52,195 nt of DNA, from assembly GCA_002269645.1 (NCBI GenBank), contig NIVC01001766.1:1-52195 (forward strand), in the 5' to 3' direction. The translations under genes and the position numbers were made by a program. The notes below the pieces were generated by a model. That model was not told the DNA's origin, made no database searches, and worked only from the letters and a program-made list of their open reading frames with translations. Below are positions 22,031 to 35,293 of the stretch, piece after piece. The number at the start of each line of letters is the position of its first letter. Within the stretch, counting starts at the first letter, position 1. This stretch comes from Macrostomum lignano. Its lineage: Eukaryota.

Positions 22031-24023
22031 TTTTGAATTTGCTATAATATATACTACGAGAAGAGTTTTGTATATACAGTACGAAAATACTTCATAGAAT
22101 GACCAACATGTATTTCATGTATACTGCATGTGAGATCAATGTGTACGTACATGTACATGTGCATGTATAGACACAAGTTGATCTGTGCAGTCATATAGTA
22201 TGTACTATTAATTGCATTCGAGAATTCAAAGAATTCTTGAATGAAAGAATTCAAGAATTCAAAATTTATTTAGCAAAGAATTCAATCAATAATTCGATTG
22301 CGGCTTCTTGAGTTAATTTTCTTGATTTACATGTAATTTTTAACAAAAGAAAATGTTGTGCACGCGTATACTGCATGTACATGACGATTTTGTATGTTTA
22401 TGAAATGTTACATTACAGTCGTCCTAATTGAATTACCAACGTGACACGTTTGGTAGGGTCTTCAAGAACTAAAAACTCTCTCGTATTGGTCTTATTGGAA
22501 AAAACGTTTAAAATAATGACAAGACCAATTTAACATGAAAAATCGATTAATGCGTTAGAGCAGCATGTGAGGCACAAAATAGTGTGATTAGGACTTTCTC
22601 TGACACTGTTAAGAGACCCAATCACTGTTTTAGTGTTGAAAATCGTGAAATTTCCTATCTCCGTAGTGTATTTTTCCGTGAAACCTGCCTTTAAGACTAT
22701 TTCTGAACAAAAAGCTTTATGAATATCGATAGAGCAATAAGAAAGGCACAACATATCAAAAGATGAACAGTGGATCTGCCTTCTATCAAAAGCAATAACA
22801 ATTTTTGTGCTGAAAAAAATTAAAACCTCCTATCTCTGTGGTGTATTTTTCGGCGAAAAGTTGCCTTTAAAACATTTACCATAGATTTCGAGTGTTGCGT
22901 CCTTTTACTTAAGTTGTCCTTGAAATGGTGTGAAAAAAATATACAAGAAAAAAAGCATTTAGTACAACTATTTTTAGGCAAGCATTTGACTTGACAGAAT
23001 CGATGCCGTATATGCCTACGTTGTGCTACATCGACAGAGCGCATTGAGGGTCTATTGAAAGGCATTAAAAGGTTCTTGGCAATGCCGAGATAATTTGTAC
23101 TGCTTTATTTGATAAGCTCTTCTTCCAATTAAATATATTTAAAAAAAAATACATATTCCTTTTTGGTAGTTAAGTAATTCTTAAAACTATATTTAAAATG
23201 TCACCTAGTTGTACTTTGTTATTCTTTATTAATAAAGAATTTGGGATATTTAAAGCCAGCTGTTTGCTCGGCGGAACGCAATTAAATTGGATCGAGCTCC
23301 GCGTCTACAGTCTCAGACTGCTTTTTATCTTGGTTCTCGGCTGGGGCCTGGGACAACCAGCGAGGGTATAACTCTGTATATTCATTCTCAGATACGATTT
23401 CGAATTATGGTAGAGTATTGTGGTTCTGCTCTACTGTACTTAAGTCGTAAAGACAGACTTGTATAGTTGTGTTGTATCATAGGTAACTAGGGCGATTTTT
23501 CGCAATTATTTTTTACTATATTAGTGGCGGTGACTCTCTCTAGTACTATTATAAGTTGATTCAAAACCTTTAAGTAAACATCAAAGAACTTAAATGAAAG
23601 CCCATTACATTACATTATCTATATCTATTATTATATAAACCTGGAGTCCTGGACTTGTGGTTTTGAATTTGCATTTTTACTGCTATGCCTATTGGCTATT
23701 GCTTAAGCCCTATACAAAGACCTTATCGCTGATGCTTATTTCGATTATGTAAGGCCAGTTTAGCCAAGTTTAGGTTACTTTTTTATTCCTAATTTTGAAC
23801 TTAAATAAAGCCTCTTTATTGTCATTGATTATGCTTTATTGTTTTTTTTCCAAATTTAGGCTATGCCTCTAATTTAATATTTGTATTATGTTTTGGGAAT
23901 AAATAAATTTGTTATTTTCCTTAAATAAATTAAATCTATAATTGTAAATGCTTTATAAATCTAATATAAAAATCTAGGTTTAGAATCTAAGATAGGCCCT
24001 ACTTACTAACCATAGTCATAGTC

Positions 24024-24904
24024 GGTTCCTGGACACTTCGTCATCTTACCACTTCGTCATCCACTCATATTTCTAGACACTTTGTCATCTTACCACTTCG
24101 TCATCTACGATACTATTGTGGACACATCGTCATCTACTCCCTGGACATTTCGTCATCCACTTTGTCTAAAAAACTTATTGAATAGGAATAGCTATATGTA
24201 ACTTCGTCAGCTAAGTTGTATCGAGTAGTCATAAATATAGGTGGCTACACTGAGGATTAACTAACTGATTAACTAACTGATAATTAATGAGGATTAACTA
24301 CGACGGGGGAAGAGCTGGAGAAGAAGAGAAGAGATTGCGATCGCGATCAGTACAAAGTAGTAGTAGTAATTAGTAGTATTTTTTATTTCTTATTCAACAA
24401 AATTGAATTCTACTCGCGGTTTAAATCATACAATATCTTAGAATCATACACTAAAACAAAAATAACAATAAATTGGAAATAAGCATACCTGAATAGCAAA
24501 ATTAAATGCAACTTAAAAAACATAATAATAAATACACAAAAACACACTATTCATAAACATATTTAAATCTACATCATTACAACTCCACACATGTTTGTGG
24601 AAGCGAAGCTATAATAAAATTACAATGAACACTTGTACACATACAGCGTGCATTTAGATGCCAATTATAGCAAGAAGTTGAATCCCTAAATGTGTATTTA
24701 ATCCTATATTTTACAGACTATTGATCGAATCGAATAACAATTTTACAGCTTTGCAAAATCTTGGGATGACGAAGTGTCCTCAAAATTTGGTCACTTCGTC
24801 ATCTAGATTTCTAACAATTTCTTTGTATGACGAAGCGTCCTAAAACCATAGTCACTTCGTCATCTGGATGACGAACTGGTAAGATGACGAAGTGTCCAGG
24901 AACC
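24024..24904. mobile_element. Non-autonomous Mutator-like (MULE) element
   Basis: About 40-bp TIRs starting GGTTCCTGGACACTTCGTCATCTTACCA, perfect 9-bp TSD GTCATAGTC (24015-24023, 24905-24913), repeated subterminal CTTCGTCATC motifs. Confidence 0.88.
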
Positions 24905-25193
24905 GTCATAGTCAGCCATATAGAATAACTAGTCTATCCATCTTAGGCATTGTTGGCATTAATATGAACTATTCTTTATAGGCTTTAACCAGTAGTTAAA
25001 TTAAATTATAATTAAAAATTAATTATTATCAAGGCTTTTTTTAGCTATTTTAGATAGAGCTAAGGCAAAAAGGTTTGTAGGATAATTGTTTATAATTTAT
25101 CAAATGTTGCTTTGAAAATTTCTTTTATACATTCATTGTTTTTTCATTTTAAATCATTTTGCTTTTCTTTATCTTCATGCTCTGTTACTAACT

Positions 25194-25824
25194 ATGAATG
25201 CCCAGTCAACTAGCTTTGACCCACTGTCTGTCTCAGCTGACAGTGGCGCTTACCTTCTTGAAAGTGTTCTCAGCAGTCTTGACTGCTCAGCTGACTCGGC
25301 CAATAGCTCTGGCTTTTTTGATGGTGCTAGTAGCATCTCATCGCTAGAAGACCTAGCTGCCAAGGATGCTCTGCAGCATCAGCTTCAGCAGCTTCAGATT
25401 CAACAGCAGCAGCAGCCACAACAAGTTCAAGTTAAAAGCCAGCCAGCGGCATCAACTTTTGACAGTGACAATGTTTGGCAACTGTTTTCCAATTGTGCCA
25501 CGTCTAGTCCAATGAAGCCGCATCAAGTTTCTAAGCAGGCGTCGTGGCCGCCAACAAGTGACTGGTGCTCGCAGCAGCAGCAGCACAAGCAGCAGCCGCA
25601 GTATCAGCAGCGCCAAGCTGGCCAGCACCAGATTCGGCAGCCGATCATTGCCCAACGCCAGCTAAGCGCCGATCCCTGGGCCCTTGGCGACCCGTTGCAG
25701 AGTCTGCGCAGCTGCCTAGGCGATGTTATGGCCACGGGCGGAATTACGCCGTCTAGCGGAGCTGGGCGCGAGTTGTACAGCCGCAAAGTCTTTGTTGGCG
25801 GCCTGCCGCCGGATGTTGACGAAG
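25194..25824 (+). CDS. CPEB: CPEB2-4/Orb2-type cytoplasmic polyadenylation element-binding protein, exon 1 (S/Q-rich region and RRM1 start)
   Basis: ...YSRKVFVGGLPPDVDE then G|GTGAG donor (phase 1). Four exons total 1404 nt (467 aa) in frame. An upstream non-coding exon is not excluded. Confidence 0.9.
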
Positions 25825-28070
25825 GTGAGCTGTTTTGGCAATGAATTGTTCTCAAATTCGGCTTGTTATCGAAATCGTATAACCCATCACGACCCTCTAG
25901 CTGTAGCTTAGGTCTATTATATTTCTGTTTGCAGACCCTAAAATATGTATTCAGTCATTTGCAACTAAGATTATTATTATTACGGTATGATTCATCATCA
26001 GGCCCAGATATCGAATATAAGTCACTATGATTCCATGCTAGACTTTATTCCAACAAGCTTAGATAACCCCGGACGCGGAACCCTTGCTATTAGTTTAAAC
26101 TATATAAGTCAAGTGACTTTATTTATTGCTAACTGATGGCTGAATGTTTATTAAAGCAGTTTATTTTTAGTACAAGTCATCATTCATCCTGCTACTACTT
26201 TTAAAACGTATAGAGTATATTATAGTAGAGTATAGTAATTTTAAGTTCAACGATTTCATAGATAACCGGGCGCCCTCAGCTGATTTAAAATTAGCCGGCC
26301 ACCACATCCGCTTCTCAAAGCGCCCCACATTTATGAGTGAGCAAATGAATCAACCTTTACCCCTACCCTAATCCCTCCCTGCCGTGTCGGATTACAATAA
26401 ATAAAGCACAGGACAGCAGTAAATTTATTTGACGGGGCTGTACTTAAGTTTGAACCCAGGGAGAGAGGGTCATGGGGGTCAGTTGACCCCCCCCCCCGGG
26501 AAATTTCCTAGGCCCGTCCGTGTTTAGCTTCTGCCTCTTATTGTATTAAAGCTGTTGCTGTTAATGATTCACGGGGCCTCCCACGCGCACATGTGTTACT
26601 CAGCTTTTATAACTCTTCTTCGCTTGAGTGCTTGTCTGCGCTGTATTAGTCCTGTCTTATACGTGTAGTGCCGTGTGCGTGCTCAGGCACCGCCGCGACT
26701 AAAGCTGAAAGCTAAAGGCAATAACAAACAGCTGTTACGCGTCTTTCTATATCATAATTGTAATACCTAATTAATATAAGCATATCGGTAGAATATAGCC
26801 GACTATATTGAGTCTAATTGTATGATTGTGCGAATTTAGGAGTAGCTTGAATTGGAGAATGGAGGCCTCTCTTGTTGGTTTTTGGTTCTCTGTTTCTCTC
26901 TCTCTCTCTCGTCTCGTGCCACCGCCTGTTTGAGACTCCCCCCAGTGCCCCAGTGTCCCCGCTGTTGGCCCCCATCTGCGCCGCAACCCGGCCCCAGAAA
27001 TCTAAACTTAACTACTAAGAAGAGTTAGTTAAACCTGGCGCACAACACATACGCCACATGCGCAGGCAGCTAGAAGGTTTAGAACTGGAAAGAAAGAATG
27101 ACTCATTCATGCACGCACCTACGCGTGCGCCAACACTTTACTGTATATGTTACTATATGGTACTATTTATAACTATGTTTATTGCATGTATATATATAGG
27201 CTACGTGGAAAGGAAGTACTGGGCTTGGGATGTTAGCTGAGGGGTTTGTATTGTATCGGATCTAACTAAAGCATTCTGAACTGCGCTTCCCTATGGGCCC
27301 CCGTGACCGGGGTCTGGCGTGCTTGTGCACGCTAGAAATTGTGCTAAACTGTGTTTTTCTCCCCGTTTCTCTTTCTTCCCCTCTTCCCCCGTCCCGCACT
27401 GTGCTGAGTCAGGAGAAGGGGTCACGCGAGGTTTCTTCCCAGTTCTCCCCTCGTTCCCCCTTCTCGTCGTCTACCCTTTGGTCCTGGCTGGAACGCGTGG
27501 GCACGCGAACAAAAAAAGCGATGAGTAATGCTGCAGAGAGGGCAGAGAGGGATGAGGATCGGGGCTTTTGCCCCGGCGGTGACTCACTGTTTTCGTCTTT
27601 CTCTCGTCTCTCTCCCCCCTCTGCTTCTAGCTGTCCGTCTGGCCCTAATCTCCTTTCTCCGTACCCCTGCCCCCGAAGCCTCTCCACTAACTAGGCTTTG
27701 CCTCCTCGGGTTTTGCCCCAGCCAGCTCAGGTCAGGCTGGGGTCACGCCGAGGATAGGCATCGGCCTGGCTGCCTTATTTTTAGGCCTAAGAGCGACGCG
27801 AGGGAACGGGCGGTGCTACAGCTGGCCGCTGCCGAACCCTGGGAAGAGCGGACAGGGAGAGAAAAAGATGACTCGACTGAGGCGTCTCCTCCGCAGCCCC
27901 TACCCTGTCTCCTCAGTTTCTGGGGTCATGTCCCCTGGCCTTGGCTGCCTCTGCTTTTCTCAGGTTTCAGTTTAGCGGAAACTAGGCGTTTTTTTACAAA
28001 TCCTATAAATCAACTTTTCTAATCGTCATATTAATTAATAAATCATTACCCCTTCCTTTTTAACTTTCAG

Positions 28071-28160
28071 AGGAAATTGCCTGCGCGTTTCGTCGTTTCG
28101 GCAGCCTGACAGTCGATTGGCCGCACAAACAGGAGAGCCAAGCCTATTTTCCTCCGAAAG
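28071..28160 (+). CDS. CPEB: CPEB exon 2 (RRM1)
   Basis: TTTCAG acceptor; EEIACAFRRFGSLTVDWPHKQESQAYFPPKG; GTAAAT donor; 90 nt. Confidence 0.95.
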
Positions 28161-28283
28161 GTAAATTGAAATATTGAATTATCTTTACCTGTTCGAGTGT
28201 TTGGGTCCATCGGGCTGGCCCTCGGGTCCTTTGAAACTTTACCACAGAAATCCGGCCTGCTCAAGCTTTGTGTCTCTTCTCAG

Positions 28284-29105
28284 CTCCTCTCCTCTCCTCT
28301 CCCCTATTCTCTCCTGTCTTCTCTCTCCTCTCCCCTATTCTCTCCTGTCTTCTCTCCTCTCCCCTCTTCTCTCCTGTCTTCTCTCCTCTCCCCTATTCTC
28401 TCCTGTCTTCTCTCCTCTCCCCTATTCTCTCCTGTCTTCTCTCCTCTCCCCTATTCTCTCCTGTCTTCTCTCCTCTCCCCTATTCTCTCCTGTCTTCTCT
28501 CCTCTCCCCTATTCTCTCCTGTCTTCTCTCCTCTCCCCTATTCTCTCCTGTCTTCTCTCCTCTCCCCTATTCTCTCCTGTCTTCTCTCCTCTCCTCTCCT
28601 CTCCACTTCTCTCCCCTATTCTCTCCTGTCTTCTCTCCTCTCCCCTATTCTCTCCTGTCTTCTCTCCTCTCCCCTATTCTCTCCTGTCTTCTCTCCTCTC
28701 CCCTATTCTCTCCTGTCTTCTCTCCTCTCCCCTATTCTCTCCTGTCTTCTCTCCTCTCCCCTATTCTCTCCTGTCTTCTCTCCTCTCCCCTATTCTCTCC
28801 TGTCTTCTCTCCTCTCCCCTATTCTCTCCTGTCTTCTCTCCTCTCCCCTATTCTCTCCTGTCTTCTCTCCTCTCCCCTATTCTCTCCTGTCTTCTCTCCT
28901 CTCCTCTCCTCTCCACTTCTCTCCCCTATTCTCTCCTGTCTTCTCTCCACTCCTCTCCCCTCTCTTCTCTACTCTCCTCTCCTCTCCTCTCCTCTCCCCT
29001 CTCTTCTCTCTCCTCTCCCCTCTTCTCTCTCCTCTCCTCTCCTCTCCTCTCCTCTCCTCTCCTCTCCTCTCCTCTCCTCTCCTCCCCTCCGTCTCCTCTC
29101 CTCTC
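28284..29105. repeat. 29-bp pyrimidine-rich minisatellite (CTCTCCTCTCCCCTATTCTCTCCTGTCTT)n grading into (CTCCT)n
   Basis: About 22 units in CPEB intron 2; the overlapping L/S/P-rich ORFs are artefacts. Confidence 0.95.
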
Positions 29106-29410
29106 CTTTATTCCCTCGCCTCTTATTTCTCTCTTTTATATCTCTCCCCTGCCAAAAAGTTTTCCGATCCTTGTTCCTTAGTTTTGTTTTAGAGGACCCC
29201 GACCTCGGCTTTAATGCCGCCAACAACAACTTATCGAGTTTCTTTGGCCTTTGTTCATTTGCTTTTGTTTAAAAATCGGATCGCTTTTCAGTGTTAGTTT
29301 ACATCGGTGCGCCCAGGAAGTTTACTAATTAGTTCACAGTAACTTCCGTATTGAGCGAATGGTAACGCGGTATATGTAAATCAAATTCATTAACCCTCCG
29401 TGTCTCGCAG

Positions 29411-29529
29411 GCTACTGTTTTATTCTATTTCACGACGAGCCAAGCGTTCAACGACTAATGGACGTCTGCATTGCCGAGGGTGACAAATTCTACTGGTGCG
29501 TCTCGTCACCGACTGTCAAGGACAAGCCG
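29411..29529 (+). CDS. CPEB: CPEB exon 3
   Basis: TCGCAG acceptor; GYCFILFHDEPSVQRLMDVCIAEGDKFYWCVSSPTVKDKP; GTGAGT donor; 119 nt. Confidence 0.95.
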
Positions 29530-30219
29530 GTGAGTAATACGCTGCTCTGTTCTCTTCTTGTAACAGTAAATATTGACTGTGGTGGCAGTCTGCCAGATTT
29601 TCTGACTCATTTTTTTCATAATCATCCCCAATAGTCTACTGACCTCGATCAGCCTCCGTGATGCACTTTTCTCTATCTAATATTCCGTATCGTTTTTGAA
29701 GACCAACTAATTAATCATTTATAGGTTTTGTTTATTGCAAGGGGGAGATCCAGTGGTGGCTGGATCTAAAAGAGGGTCAACTACCCCCAATCCACCTCAG
29801 TAGCCAAATCATCCAGTACAAGGGGTCGGCTAACTCTATCGGCGAAGCCTCTCTATCCGGCTCTCGGGTCCTTTGCAACTTCACGATAGCAATGCGGCCT
29901 TCTTAAGGTTTTTTGTGTCTCTTCTCAGCTCTCTTCTCTCCTCTCTCCTCTCCTCTCATCTCCTTTCTTCTTTATTCCATTTTTAATTACTTTCTATGAT
30001 TCAATATTGAGTCCATTTTGTAAATATCTGTAAATAAGATACCACAATGGTCTACAATGGTAGGGATTTAGTCATGTACATGTTGAATTCTTATCTTTGT
30101 CCTACCACCATAAAATCCATGGCCCCTGGTACTAACCTCGACTATCTTCGCTTAACCTATAACGCTGTTTGCTAATAAAAGATTCTTACCAACACCCACC
30201 CAATCAACCACGCCCACAG

Positions 30220-30783
30220 GTGCAAGTCCGCCCCTGGCTACTGTCCGACTCCGACTTTGTGCTGGACTCTCGCCAACCTTTGGATCCGCGCAAAACTGTC
30301 TTTGTTGGCGGCGTGCCGCGCCCTCTGCGCGCGCGCGACCTGGCCGTAGCCATGGAGCGCCTATTCGGCGGCGTCTGCTACGCCGGCATCGACACCGACC
30401 CGGATCTGCGCTATCCCAAAGGTGCCGGTCGCGTCGCTTTCGCCAGCCAGCGCTCCTACGTGGCCGCGGTTAGCGCTCGATTTGTTCAACTGGCCGGCTT
30501 TGAAGCCGCTTGCGGAGCTACGCCTACTACTACTAATAGTAGTAGCAGCGGAAGTAGTACCAACAACGGCAACAAGCGCGTTGAAGTGAAGCCGTTCGTA
30601 CTGGACGATCAGTCATGCGACCGCTGCCATCTGCGCAGCGCTCCGCTGTTCTGCGCCAGCCCAGCCTGTCTGCGCTATTTCTGCGACCAGTGCTGGCCAG
30701 AGGCCCACGCCGGGCCAGGCGGTAGGCAGTACCACCGGCCTACGGTCCGGGACGCCGGGTCCAGGATGACCTTCCTAGGCTAA
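30220..30783 (+). CDS. CPEB: CPEB exon 4 (RRM2 and ZZ-type zinc finger)
   Basis: VQVRPWLLSDSDF, PRKTVFVGGVPRPLRA, YPKGAGRVAF, CDRC...C...C..YFCDQCW..AH...H. AATAAA at 30796. Confidence 0.96.
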   Translation: MQVRPWLLSDSDFVLDSRQPLDPRKTVFVGGVPRPLRARDLAVAMERLFGGVCYAGIDTDPDLRYPKGAGRVAFASQRSYVAAVSARFVQLAGFEAACGATPTTTNSSSSGSSTNNGNKRVEVKPFVLDDQSCDRCHLRSAPLFCASPACLRYFCDQCWPEAHAGPGGRQYHRPTVRDAGSRMTFLG

Positions 30784-30869
30784 CTATAACAGCGCAATAA
30801 AGCGGACACTTGCTTTAGCTGGTGTGTTAATTATTACAATTCGCTTGTAAGCTTCTCTTGTCTCCCATT

Positions 30870-30872
<3 letters not shown>

Positions 30873-30929
<57 letters not shown>
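30873..30929. repeat. (CT)n microsatellite
   Basis: About 28 dinucleotide units just downstream of CPEB. Confidence 0.97.
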
Positions 30930-30932
<3 letters not shown>

Positions 30933-32934
30933 TGTTAAATTTTATCATTCTCGTTTCCTGTTATTCGCTGCTGTTGGCTGTTTTTATTAATTATAAAACA
31001 ACAATTAGTTTATTACATTAATTAGTACACATTTCTCTATACTGCGGACTGTTATATCATTAATTATAGGAATTCTTCTAGGAGATAAAAAGAAAGCTTT
31101 TCCTGTTTTTGGTTCTGTTAGCTTTTTTCTGTTATTCTTTTTTTAGCTTATTTGAATTCTGCTATTTTTCGCCTACTTTTTTCTACTATTGTTACTGTTA
31201 GTAGCGTGAAGTAGCACGCATTGTTTCTTTTCTTAGCTATCGTATTCATTTCCTGTTCGTTGTCACGGCCAAGGCAAACTACTTAATTGACCCCGTGACC
31301 GAATTTCAATCCAGTCTTAAAATTGCCCCGTGGTTTTGTATTTTTTTCTCAATCATTCATGAAACTGAACAAAAAACCACAAATGACTTTCTGCAAGATT
31401 TGTTATCAAACTTTAAATTTATAAAATATACTATTTTTGAGTAGTACATTGTGTTGCGCTTTTGTTAATATAATCTGTCCTTTTGTAAAGCTTTTGTTAG
31501 TTTTAATTAAAACAACGCCGCGTGCTTATCATCGCCACTTCGTCGCTGCAGCTAAAAAATAATTCTAATACTATTAATATTAAGTCTTTATAATGTTTTT
31601 AGCCACTTTTTTATTTATAGACTAAACTGCAAAAGCATCTTCATTATTGAAACAGAATGCTTTTAATTTTGGTTTTGTTTAACAATTTATTTAGCCTAAT
31701 TGTTGCATAAGTATTTAATCGTCTATTTTTGCTAATATTTTGTGCCATTTTTGTCTCTTTAAATATTCAACTGCGCTTGCTAGCAATACACACATTAATC
31801 TGTTGTTGTTGTTTCACGCTGTCTTAGGGTGTATTTACTTTGTTTTAATTGTTATTGTTATTTTTCCACAAAACAGCCATCGCACTCTGTCAATAGCCAC
31901 CCAGTTGAGCAGTTTATATTTTCGTAAACCAGTTTTGTGTCGCACTCTACTCTGTTAGTAGCATATATTGCCGCTTTTTTCTCTTTTCATTTGTTTGTTG
32001 TTTACTTTGCTAAAATGACAGGCTTTTTAAATTGTTTTTGTTATAAAAAATGTAAGTTTGCTAATGTCATATAATAAACTACTTAACACTTGTTAATCAT
32101 CTCAGTTCGCTCCTATTGTTGTGTTAACGAAAAATCACCAATATTTGATACAAGTTTATTTTTTCATAATTCTTGTTTCCTGGTTTAGCTACAGTGGAAA
32201 GAGTTGTAATGAATCTGTTTAATTTAAAAGCAAAAACCATCTTTAAGTCTCATTTAGCGGTTATTTTTCTAATCAGAATTCATTGAGAACAAACAGTTTT
32301 GATAGTTTTAATTTACACACATTGTTCTCAGCGGCTGTTAACTCCTGTCAATAATACCTTTAATATATGCCTTTCAACTTTGGTGTTGCATATCCGCCCA
32401 CACTTCATTAAATTTGTATTATTATAAAATTGACTGGCAAGAAAATTGATATTTTTATTAATGAGCCAAGTTTTTCCAATAATTTTCATTTTCAAATCCG
32501 GAACTTTCTCCGTTTCACATTCAGGCCAGGTAAATATTAATTCGCTCTTTGTTTTACTAATTGCTGCCGTGTCTTTGTTTTTCTATTGCAAGCTGTATCT
32601 CCTTTCTCTCTTTCAATTCGCTGTACTCGCACATATAAAAAATTTCCCTGTGTGTTTCTATTTTAGCCTGCTCTTATTTTTGTCATTATATTTAAACAAA
32701 ATTGTTTCTCTAGCCACCTTTTGTTTGTTTGTGCTCTTTTTTCTTCGAAATAATAAAAATACACATTGGTTCCACGTTGTTATAATTTTTCTAATGATAG
32801 TTAACTAATTCAAATTGATAGCCCCCATTGTTATATACAATTTTATCTGTAATATCTTGTTTGATTCAATTAATTTCATGCCTGTTTAACAGTCACCCTT
32901 CTACTTTTACTCTCGCCGAAAATCGCCCCTTGAC

Positions 32935-33795
32935 CCTCCTTGAGAATCGATCCTTCACACTTGAGAATTGCCCTTTCACACTTGAGAATTGCCCTTTCAC
33001 ACTTGAGAATCGATCCTTCACACTTGAGAATTGCCCTTTCACACTTGAGAATTGCCCTTTCACACTTGAGAATCGATCCTTCACACTTGAGAATTGCCCT
33101 TTCACACTTGAGAATTGCCCTTTCACACTTGAGAATTGCCCTTTTCACACTTGAGAATTTCCCTTTTACACTTGAGAATCGCCTCTTCACACTTGAGAAT
33201 CGCCCCTTTCACCACACTTAAGATTCGCCCCTTTCACACTTGAGAATCGCCCTTTCACACTTGAGAATCGCCCTTTCACACTTGAGAATTGCCCTTTCAC
33301 ACTTGAGAATTTCCCTTTCACACTTGAGAATTGCCCTTTTCACACTTGAGAATTGCCCCTTTCACACTTAAGAATCGCCCTTTCACACTTAAGAATTGCC
33401 CCTTTCACACTTAAGAATTGCCCTTTTCACACTTGAGAATGGCCCCTTTCACACTTAAGAATCGCCCTTTCACACTTGAGAATTGCCCTTTTCACACTTG
33501 AGAATTGCCCCTTTCACACTTAAGAATCGCCCTTTCACACTTGAGAATTGCCCCTTTCACACTTAAGAATCGCCCTTTCACACTTGAGAATTGCCCCTTT
33601 CACACTTAAGAATCGCCCTTTCACACTTGAGAATTGCCCTTTTCACACTTGATAATTGCGGCTATTGCCCTTTCACACTTGATAATTGATCTTTCACACT
33701 TGAGAATCGACCCTTCACACTTGAGGATCGGCCCTTTTAAACTTGAGAATCGACCCATCACACTTGAGAACCGACCCATCACACTTAAGCATCAT
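32935..33795. repeat. 21-22-bp minisatellite (TTTCACACTTGAGAATTGCCC)n
   Basis: About 40 units with small variants, degenerating at both ends. Confidence 0.95.
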
Positions 33796-34595
33796 CCCTT
33801 CAAACTACCTGAGAATCGCCCATCAACCTCCGAGTTGTCATTCTCTTATGCAAAAACACAAACAACAAAGCTGGTTTATAAATGAGAGTAGGATTTCATC
33901 AAAGTTGTTCTGTATTCATTCCTTACTATGGTTGAATATATGATAAACTATGTATTGTTATAACTATACTATAATAGTGCTTGAACTAAAACGTACAAAT
34001 TAATTAGACCTACAAACACACGTGTTGCCTGTATCTGTAAGAAGTGCTTCGTAAATTTTTTTGGGAAATCTAAAAATGACTATTCCTTACCTATCGAAAT
34101 AGCATGATTTCGCAGATTTTCAAAACTGATTGCCAAAATAAATATAGCCTATTTGTCATCAAAGAGTCATTCAACTGATACATTTAAAATTAGGTGAGCC
34201 TAGTAGTTTCTAAAGCTCTTTAGTGAAAGTAGTTTTCTTAACATTATACATTATACATGTACATTTACATGGGTAGCAACTAGTGAGAATGGATCTAGTT
34301 TTAGGAAAGATTAGCTTTTGTGCTCAGGTTTCCAGACCTTCTATCTATAGGAACGGTCATGCTAAGTTTGATAACCGAGTTCTAAATGATATATGTCTCT
34401 AAGGCTTGGAAACAACCACAGACACTAAAATAAGTAGATGGGCCACTCATAACATTTGCGTGTCAGCTACTTTCAGTTCAGTAGCAAGTTAAACCAAAGC
34501 ATTTTAATGTATTTTTAAAGCCAAGGCTCACTTATTGGCTCTTACACCCCCAGCTGAGACCCTCCAACCGCGCCTTTCCACACTATCCCCCGCTC

Positions 34596-35052
34596 CGCCC
34601 CAATTTTTATTGCCTTTCCCGGAATTCTAGCCTAAAGCTGCCATGTACATTTCAGTGGACTGGCAAATGTACATTATGGCTGAACCAATTAGCAAGTTGT
34701 TTACGGCTGCAAGCTTGGGCTTCTAAGCTTATCAAAGCCCCCCTTGCCCCGCCCCAATTTTTATTACCTTTCTCGGATTCCAGCCTAAAGCTGCTATGTA
34801 CATTTAGTGGACTGGCAAGTTTACATTATGGCAGAACCAATTAGCAAGTTGTTTACGGCTGCAAGCTTGGGCTTCTAAACTTATCAAAGCCCCCCCTCTT
34901 TTGACCCGCCCCAATTTTTATTGCCTTTTCCGTAATTCCAGCCGAAAGCTGCCATGTACATTTCAGTGGACTGGCCAATGTACATTCTGGAATTTCTGGC
35001 TGAACCAATTAGTATACGCCTGCAAGCTTGGCTTATAAACTTATCAAAGTCA
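34596..35052. repeat. About 155-bp tandem repeat, 3 diverged copies
   Basis: CCGCCC(C)AATTTTTATT...AAAGCTGCCATGTACATTT...GCAAGCTTGG...TTATCAAAG recurs from about 34596, 34750 and 34906. Confidence 0.85.
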
Positions 35053-35293
35053 TTTCAGCCGCCTTTGTTTTTATAAAATAGCTTATGCATTCTTCCTGCT
35101 ACTGAGCTGAAAGTAGAAAGCTGTTTTGCTAAGTATATACGCCTGAGTGGCCCCATCTAGTTACTTTAGTATCTGTGGAAACCACCAAGAATTTACGATA
35201 GACATCACTTATAATGCAACAGGCTCCCCTCTAAAAAGCATTGTCCTCTTATGTTTGAAGTTGAGAGCAGCTCGCCTGTACTGCAGGCTATGC

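Noticed and set aside
28174-29272. Three overlapping 330-aa L/S/P-rich ORFs
   Set aside because: Translation of an intronic pyrimidine minisatellite.
2011-30783. Functional clustering of PABP and CPEB
   Set aside because: About 23 kb apart with unrelated genes and repeats between; nothing in the sequence shows co-regulation.
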